DNA from: an uncultured Desulfatitalea sp.
Lineage (GTDB): Bacteria; Desulfobacterota; Desulfobacteria; Desulfobacterales; Desulfosarcinaceae
Direction of reading: 5' to 3'
NCBI GenBank assembly: GCA_963668675.2
Contig: CAXXMB010000001.1
Coordinates: forward strand, 160,001 to 224,000
DNA length: 64,000 bases
Shown: in pieces, positions 58,709-64,000 of the stretch
Layout: each line of letters opens with the position of its first letter
How positions within the stretch are numbered: position 1 is the stretch's first letter
Position numbers and translations under genes: made by a program
Notes under the pieces: model-generated
The model's input: only the letters and a program-made list of their open reading frames with translations
Told to the model about the DNA's origin: nothing
The model's database searches: none

Positions 58709-59536
58709 TCATACCCAACGCCTTATCTTTTTTCCTTCATCATCTATCAACTCTCCGAACAGTACGAGGACAATATCTGCCACATACCAAAGCCCAAGTC
58801 CGCCAATGGTGAAAAGCATCACTTTGGCACTTCGGGCTTTCCCGGCATAAAAACGGTGGACACCGAAGATACCGAAGCACAGACATAATATAGCGGCCAA
58901 CAGTCTACTTCTTTTAGATATGAAAAAATCGTTCTTCCCGTCAGTAACCGGTCTGTCTTTGCCCAGATGATCTGTTTTCCATTTTGTGAACTTATGCCTT
59001 ATGTCTTGTGGTGCAAGAATTACTTTATAAGCATGAACCGGCTTTGAACTGACTTTTACCGACTTTTCGCCGATATATTCATACCCTAAAGGCAGTTTGT
59101 CTTCGATTTGGTCATAGGCGGTCCGTGAGATACAGATGCCGCCCGGATCGGCAATCGTCTCCAACATGGCCGCAATGTTGACGCCGTCTCCATATATACG
59201 GTCATCGTCAGCAACAATATCGCCAAGATTGATGCCGATGCGAAACTCCATTCGGCGGTTTTTGGGGAGTCCTGAGTTTTTGGCTTTGAGCTCTTTCTGG
59301 ATGGCAACAGCCGCCTGCACACCTTCTACGACGCTTGCAAACTCCGCCAGAATATTGTCTCCGGGCATATCCACCACCCGACCATGGTGTTGCCGGACCA
59401 GCTCTGTGATCACACCGCGACAGCTGTTCAACATCTCGATGGTGGCCAGTTCATCTTCGCGCATGAGGCGGCTGTAGCCTTTTACATCAGCACTGAGGAT
59501 GGCGGCAAGTTTTCGTTTTACGTATTTATCCTGCAT
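58709..59536 (-). CDS. Class III adenylate/guanylate cyclase domain fused to a TM2 domain
   Basis: KLAAILSADVKGYSRLM, GD, FRIGINLGD, IYGDGVNIAAML; C-terminal KRSRLLAAILCLCFGIFGVHRFYAGK (TM2). Confidence 0.88.
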   Translation of the reverse strand: MQDKYVKRKLAAILSADVKGYSRLMREDELATIEMLNSCRGVITELVRQHHGRVVDMPGDNILAEFASVVEGVQAAVAIQKELKAKNSGLPKNRRMEFRIGINLGDIVADDDRIYGDGVNIAAMLETIADPGGICISRTAYDQIEDKLPLGYEYIGEKSVKVSSKPVHAYKVILAPQDIRHKFTKWKTDHLGKDRPVTDGKNDFFISKRSRLLAAILCLCFGIFGVHRFYAGKARSAKVMLFTIGGLGLWYVADIVLVLFGELIDDEGKKIRRWV

Positions 59537-59567
59537 ATCGTACTACCAGAAAGTCAGCGCTTCTTTT

Positions 59568-60035
59568 TTATTTTTTCGATCTTTTCATCGTGTAATTGCC
59601 AGAGGAGGATCCGAGCGTATGCATGATCGTCCAACTTCCGGACCCCTCAAAATCGGAAAGATTTCCCTTGAACGTTCCATTGGTCGACGATAAACCTTCG
59701 GCCACCGCGGCGTGGCCGTTGAGGTTGGATTCCAAAACGCCGTCCTTGATACTGCCATTCAATGAAAAGTCCGCTTCCCCCGGGCCACCGAGGTGATCTA
59801 CTATCTCACCGACTATATTTCCACTAACCGAGTAGACACCTTTTTCAATTTCTACTCGCCGTAGTGTCATTCTGAGATTTCCACGAGCCTGGCCAGTGAA
59901 TTCCAGCTCCCAGAATTCCGGAACGGCACCTGTTGTCGCATCAGGTGCCATATTCGCACAATCCAACAGACTCAATGAAACAATGAAAACAAAACATAAA
60001 ATCAGGCTGTTTTTCGTTTTGATGATGCTACCCAT
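59568..60035 (-). CDS. Hypothetical secreted or lipoprotein-like beta-rich protein
   Basis: 155-aa ORF with basic N-terminus, hydrophobic stretch and a following Cys; co-oriented with neighbours. Confidence 0.6.
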   Translation of the reverse strand: MGSIIKTKNSLILCFVFIVSLSLLDCANMAPDATTGAVPEFWELEFTGQARGNLRMTLRRVEIEKGVYSVSGNIVGEIVDHLGGPGEADFSLNGSIKDGVLESNLNGHAAVAEGLSSTNGTFKGNLSDFEGSGSWTIMHTLGSSSGNYTMKRSKK

Positions 60036-60202
60036 TCATCAATCCGTAAAAGAAGGTGTAGGACTATTATCCGGGCCTCGCCAAAGAGCCATTAGATATT
60101 CAGCGAGAATGAAAGCGTATTCAAAATCAGTAGAACGCGCTTTTTGTAGCAGAATATTGCCGCAATCACAATCAATGCAGGAATATTAATGGAACGTGTT
60201 TG

Positions 60203-61345
60203 TTATTCTGATACGAAGAAATGGTCGCTGTTGCGAAAGACGCCTTCGATGCCCTCGTTGGAGAAGACAATCTGCCACAGCTGATTCATCTTGGCGCGAA
60301 AGCCACCGGCGCAAGAAAGCAGGTAGTAAGTCCACATCCGGTAAAAGCGTTTGCTGTAATTGGCTTTCAGCCGGGCCCAATTGGCAATGAAATTGTGATA
60401 CCAGGCCATCAAGGTTTTATCATAATAGTGGCCGAAACTTTGCCAATCTTCCAGGATCAGCAGGCCTTCGGCCGCTTCGGTAATCTGCCTGGCGGACGGG
60501 AGCATGGAATTGGGGAAAATATACTTTTCTACCCAGGGGTCGAGGCTTTTGGTCGATCGGTTACCGCCGATGGTCTGCAGCAGGAATAGTCCCTTCGGTT
60601 TAAGGCAGCGATGGACCGTTCTCATATAGGTGCGATAGTTTTTATGCCCCACATGCTCAAACATGCCCACTGAGACCACCGCATCGAACGCGCCATTCAG
60701 ATCCCGATAGTCCATCAATTCGACCCGGACGTCCGGTTCACAGCATTCCGCCTTCACGTATTCCGCCTGCTCGCGCGATACGGTCACCCCCAGAATCCTG
60801 GCCCCATGTTCGCAGGCAGCATGTTTGATAAACCCGCCCCAACCGCAGCCGATATCCAACACCCGCATTCCGGGCTTTAAGCCGATTTTCCGGCAGATGA
60901 GTTCCACTTTGGCCCGCTGGGCATCTTCCAGCGTGGCGGCATCACACCAGTAGGCACACGAGTAGTTCATGTCCCGGTCCAGCATGGCCAAAAACAGATC
61001 GTTGCCGATATCGTAGTGCCGCTTGCCCACCACAAAGGCCTTGGCCCGGCTTTGGGCATTTAAAACCAATGCCTTCAAGCCTGCCCACGGAGCGCTCTTA
61101 ATAACCGTTCCGGCCTTTTCATGCACACGATTTTCAAAAAGCCTGGTAAACATCCGATCGAGGGCAGGGCACTCCCACCAGCCGTCCATGTAGCTTTCGC
61201 CAAAGGCCAGGGACCCGCCGGATAAGACCCTCTGATAAAAACCGGAATTCAACACCTGAATATCCCAGGGCCGGTCACCGTTTATCTTGATATCAGCGGA
61301 GTCCAGCAGCTTGCGAATGACGGTTTCTTCTTTTGATCCGCTCAT
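60203..61345 (-). CDS. cfa: Cyclopropane-fatty-acyl-phospholipid synthase
   Basis: GESYMDGWW, HYDIGNDLF, YSCAYW, LDIGCGWGG, SVGMFEHVG, YIFPN, FYRMWTYYL; GGAGG RBS before ATG 61345. Confidence 0.95.
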   Translation of the reverse strand: MSGSKEETVIRKLLDSADIKINGDRPWDIQVLNSGFYQRVLSGGSLAFGESYMDGWWECPALDRMFTRLFENRVHEKAGTVIKSAPWAGLKALVLNAQSRAKAFVVGKRHYDIGNDLFLAMLDRDMNYSCAYWCDAATLEDAQRAKVELICRKIGLKPGMRVLDIGCGWGGFIKHAACEHGARILGVTVSREQAEYVKAECCEPDVRVELMDYRDLNGAFDAVVSVGMFEHVGHKNYRTYMRTVHRCLKPKGLFLLQTIGGNRSTKSLDPWVEKYIFPNSMLPSARQITEAAEGLLILEDWQSFGHYYDKTLMAWYHNFIANWARLKANYSKRFYRMWTYYLLSCAGGFRAKMNQLWQIVFSNEGIEGVFRNSDHFFVSE

Positions 61346-61662
61346 GATATCCTCCCATCTTGACTTCCGAGGATTATAAAAGAGCCGCTCTACCCAGATG
61401 GTTAAATCGATTAGCCGCCGCCAAAAGGCCGGCCGTTGAATTCCAAATCGAGTCCGAGGCCCCGTTACCGGAATGCGGACACATGACACAGAATTTCAGA
61501 TCACATTGAGCGTGATGCCCATGCCGATAACGTCAACACCACAGGAGTGAAAGGAACGAAGGCGAAGCCGAACGAATCTTCCTTAAACACAAGGCGACGA
61601 TTGCGATTTATTCTGCCGGCACTGTGAATCCGGTTCATGGTGTGGCCCGACGCCGATGTTTA

Positions 61663-62130
61663 TCACCTACCAATATTCATAAATTTGCCTGCTGTTAGCA
61701 AGCACAAATTTTCCGGGGAGAGCTCTATTTGAAGCCCCCTGCGACCGGCGCTGACGAATATGGTTTAAAAGTCTCTTGCCGATGCGTCTATTACGGTTGT
61801 CAGACCTCTCTTTTGTCCAAGGGGGCTTACCCCACCGAGCATGTACCCGGTTGTTTTTTCGACGATTTTCTTATCCGCCATAATCACTTTCTTGACACCT
61901 GCGGCTTTTGCGTACAGCTTCAAATTCAATTGCTTCGATACCGGTAAAACCGCAACGGCCAAATCGCCACCACCAAGGGCCACCACCAGTGTTTTGAAAA
62001 CCCTGCCGCTTCGAATGCCCAATTTGGTTGAAGCCTCTTCACCGTATGCCGGCGATGAAGGGTCATGCTCGTATTCATGAACACGGAAATCTATTGTTGC
62101 CCTCTTTGCTATATTGATGGCGGGTGTCAT
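61663..62130 (-). pseudogene. ybaK: Cys-tRNA(Pro) deacylase interrupted by an in-frame TAA
   Basis: MTPA, FKTL, TGYMLGGVSPLGQK; TAA at 61765..61767, then in-frame TIFVSAGRRGLQIELSP...GR* to 61663. Confidence 0.85.
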
Positions 62131-62221
62131 TGGCGTATTCGTTTATAAGTGCTTACGGTGCAATTTGCCGGGTGCCTGGAAGTGAAGAAGCCCTGCTCCT
62201 CAGCCGGTGACAATTTTCGGG

Positions 62222-62911
62222 TCAGGGTATCCGGTCCAACTCCTTTTCGTAGCACTGAGGGCAGATCCCGTGAGAGGGCGTTGCACCGCAGATATCGTTG
62301 ACATATTTTTCGATCGTTACCCACTCTCCCGATTTTTCACGCACCTTCTTGCAGTAGCTGCAGATCGGATAGATCGTGCACAAATCATCAATCAAGCGAT
62401 CCCGGAGGTCTATCTCCTCTCTGGATAGAACAATGCGAAGGGAGAGCTCGATCATCCTCTTGATCTGCTTCACCAGTCTGATGTGCAGGTCATTGTGGGG
62501 GTTGTGTTTGTTGTCGAGGAAGCATACTGTCCCGAACTGCCCGCCATCAGGGCGATCGATGGGCATGCCAAGGTAGGAGACCATGTTCAGGTCAACTGCA
62601 GCTGAGTTGGTTTTCCACTTAGAATTTTCGAGGGCATTCGGAATCAGATTCAGCCCTTTGCTCTTCAGCGTATATTCACAGTACCATCCGGAATCGGGGT
62701 ACTGTGACTTGCATGCCGCCGGATAAGGGTTTCCCTCGGTCTCGCTTGAAAGTAGAATTTCAATTTCATTACCATCTACGCGCGTGATCAGACCCGCGGG
62801 AACGGCAAGGATCTCAGCTGTCTCATCGAGCAGTTTCTGCCATTCAATAAGAATGTCTTCGGTAAGCTTTTCACGACTGAATGGGTTTGTATCCATATTT
62901 TCCATGTCCAC
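62222..62911 (-). CDS. GAF-domain protein with C-terminal Cys/His zinc-binding tail
   Basis: YCE, SYLGMPI.RPDG..FGTVCFLD; tail PICSYCKKVR...SHGICPQC. Confidence 0.85.
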   Translation of the reverse strand: MDMENMDTNPFSREKLTEDILIEWQKLLDETAEILAVPAGLITRVDGNEIEILLSSETEGNPYPAACKSQYPDSGWYCEYTLKSKGLNLIPNALENSKWKTNSAAVDLNMVSYLGMPIDRPDGGQFGTVCFLDNKHNPHNDLHIRLVKQIKRMIELSLRIVLSREEIDLRDRLIDDLCTIYPICSYCKKVREKSGEWVTIEKYVNDICGATPSHGICPQCYEKELDRIP

Positions 62912-62920
62912 TTTCCCTGC

Positions 62921-64000
62921 TTAATTTTTATAGCCCGGCGGTGTTTTGAATCCACCAACCAGCTCAGACAGCCCCCGAGCGAAATCTATGGTGGTCCGGT
63001 CCTCGAAGCTGGCGCCTATTATCTGAACACCGACCGGAAGGCCGGATCGGCTCAATTCAACCGGCGCTACCGTTGCTGGCAGGCCTGACACAACCGCCAT
63101 ATAGGCCCAAGCTAAAGTTTCTATCATTTGCTTGTTCTCTTCGTTTACCAAGAAACTGCGTGACAATAAATCCCCTGTGTGGTCGTGAGGAAAGGCAACG
63201 GTGGATGAAACCGGCGTAAGCAGTACATCATAGCGTTTAAAGAAATCAGCCCACAACGCCTGCTGTCGTTTTAGCCGGGCGATAAGTACCTCCGCCAACG
63301 GCAACGCACGCATCTGCATTTGATCGTAGATTTCCAGCCAACGGGTTGCACTCTCCTGCAGAAGGATTCCGGGGCGCGCCGCCTCGTCTATCTCGAGGCC
63401 GGCGTCGCGCAGCCGCTTTAACATCAGTTGAAGAGAAGCCGAGACTTCTGCATCGATTTCAGCTCCGTGATAGGCGTCCTCGAACCAGACCGCGACACGG
63501 TAATCGCTGAATCGATCTCTTCGCGCGGGCAGGAGATTGGATCTTTTCCGGCCTGATTGCGTGCTTTCCGAATTCGTCAATACATCCAGGGCAAGCTCCA
63601 AATCGCCGGCACTTCGCGCCAGAGGGCCCACTACAAATAGGGGAATCGCAGGCATGTATTCCGAAGGAAGCTGGCCGGGCATGGGTGGGATATGTCCATA
63701 TCTGGGAACGATGCCGAAGGTGGGTTTGTGCCCAAAGACCCCGTTATAGTGGGCAGGGAAACGAATCGAGCCCCCGATGTCGCTACCCAATTCAAGCGGC
63801 GTGAACCCAGCGGCCAGTGCCGCACCTGAGCCTCCCGACGAACCGCCGGGCGTTCTGGACAGATCCCAGGGATTGTCGGTGGTGCCATAAACTTCATTAT
63901 AGCTTTGAATATCCATCGCATGGTAGGGAACGTTCGTTTTGCCGAAGATGATGGCTCCTGCATCGATCAGACGTTGGACGGCGATCGCATTATGCTTCGG
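62921..64000 (-). CDS. Amidase-signature family enzyme, 5' end beyond window edge
   Basis: FGKTNVP, TPGGSSGGS, GSDIGGSIR, GLPVGVQI; frame open to position 64000. Confidence 0.93.
   Translation of the reverse strand, partial: PKHNAIAVQRLIDAGAIIFGKTNVPYHAMDIQSYNEVYGTTDNPWDLSRTPGGSSGGSGAALAAGFTPLELGSDIGGSIRFPAHYNGVFGHKPTFGIVPRYGHIPPMPGQLPSEYMPAIPLFVVGPLARSAGDLELALDVLTNSESTQSGRKRSNLLPARRDRFSDYRVAVWFEDAYHGAEIDAEVSASLQLMLKRLRDAGLEIDEAARPGILLQESATRWLEIYDQMQMRALPLAEVLIARLKRQQALWADFFKRYDVLLTPVSSTVAFPHDHTGDLLSRSFLVNEENKQMIETLAWAYMAVVSGLPATVAPVELSRSGLPVGVQIIGASFEDRTTIDFARGLSELVGGFKTPPGYKN

Noticed and set aside
56648..61767. TAA reassignment or readthrough as the explanation for in-frame stops
   Set aside because: Many intact genes here (pyk, ilvD, khpA, Imm11-like) end at TAA at their expected C-termini.
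63240..63360. Amidase seems short in its helical middle region (possible deletion)
   Set aside because: This region varies in length across amidases and cannot be judged without an alignment.

Overview
Bacterial chromosomal window of moderately high GC. Gene content and style suggest a sulfate-reducing deltaproteobacterium such as Desulfobacterales (inference only). Left part: a sigma54-activated cluster (CoA-transferase, enhancer-binding protein, 3-hydroxybutyrate-dehydrogenase-like SDR, TRAP transporter), assorted metabolic genes, mgtE and pyk, and a five-gene circularly permuted ATP-grasp/alpha-E/transglutaminase operon. Middle: a large secreted beta-propeller protein with a C-terminal Gly-rich CFI tail next to a FadL-like beta-barrel. 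Next is the first orphan T6SS island: MORN protein, VgrG with an unusual ~265-aa acidic repetitive N-terminal extension, PAAR, DUF4123, a stand-alone TTR-like protein and an unrecognisable candidate effector. Lipid and housekeeping genes follow. A second, Myxococcus-style island carries vgrG, DUF6484, DUF4150, a KAS-like protein, an AHH nuclease, Imm11, Imm49, DUF2169 and TIGR02270. The right end is a decaying accessory region: a damaged second CFI-tail protein, a cyclase-TM2 fusion, cfa, interrupted ybaK, a GAF protein and an amidase. Five copies of a TA-duplicating MITE with REP-like internal palindromes are scattered through the window. No rRNA, tRNA, CRISPR array, transposase or T6SS core genes were seen. 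Family calls come from motif recognition by eye, not database searches.
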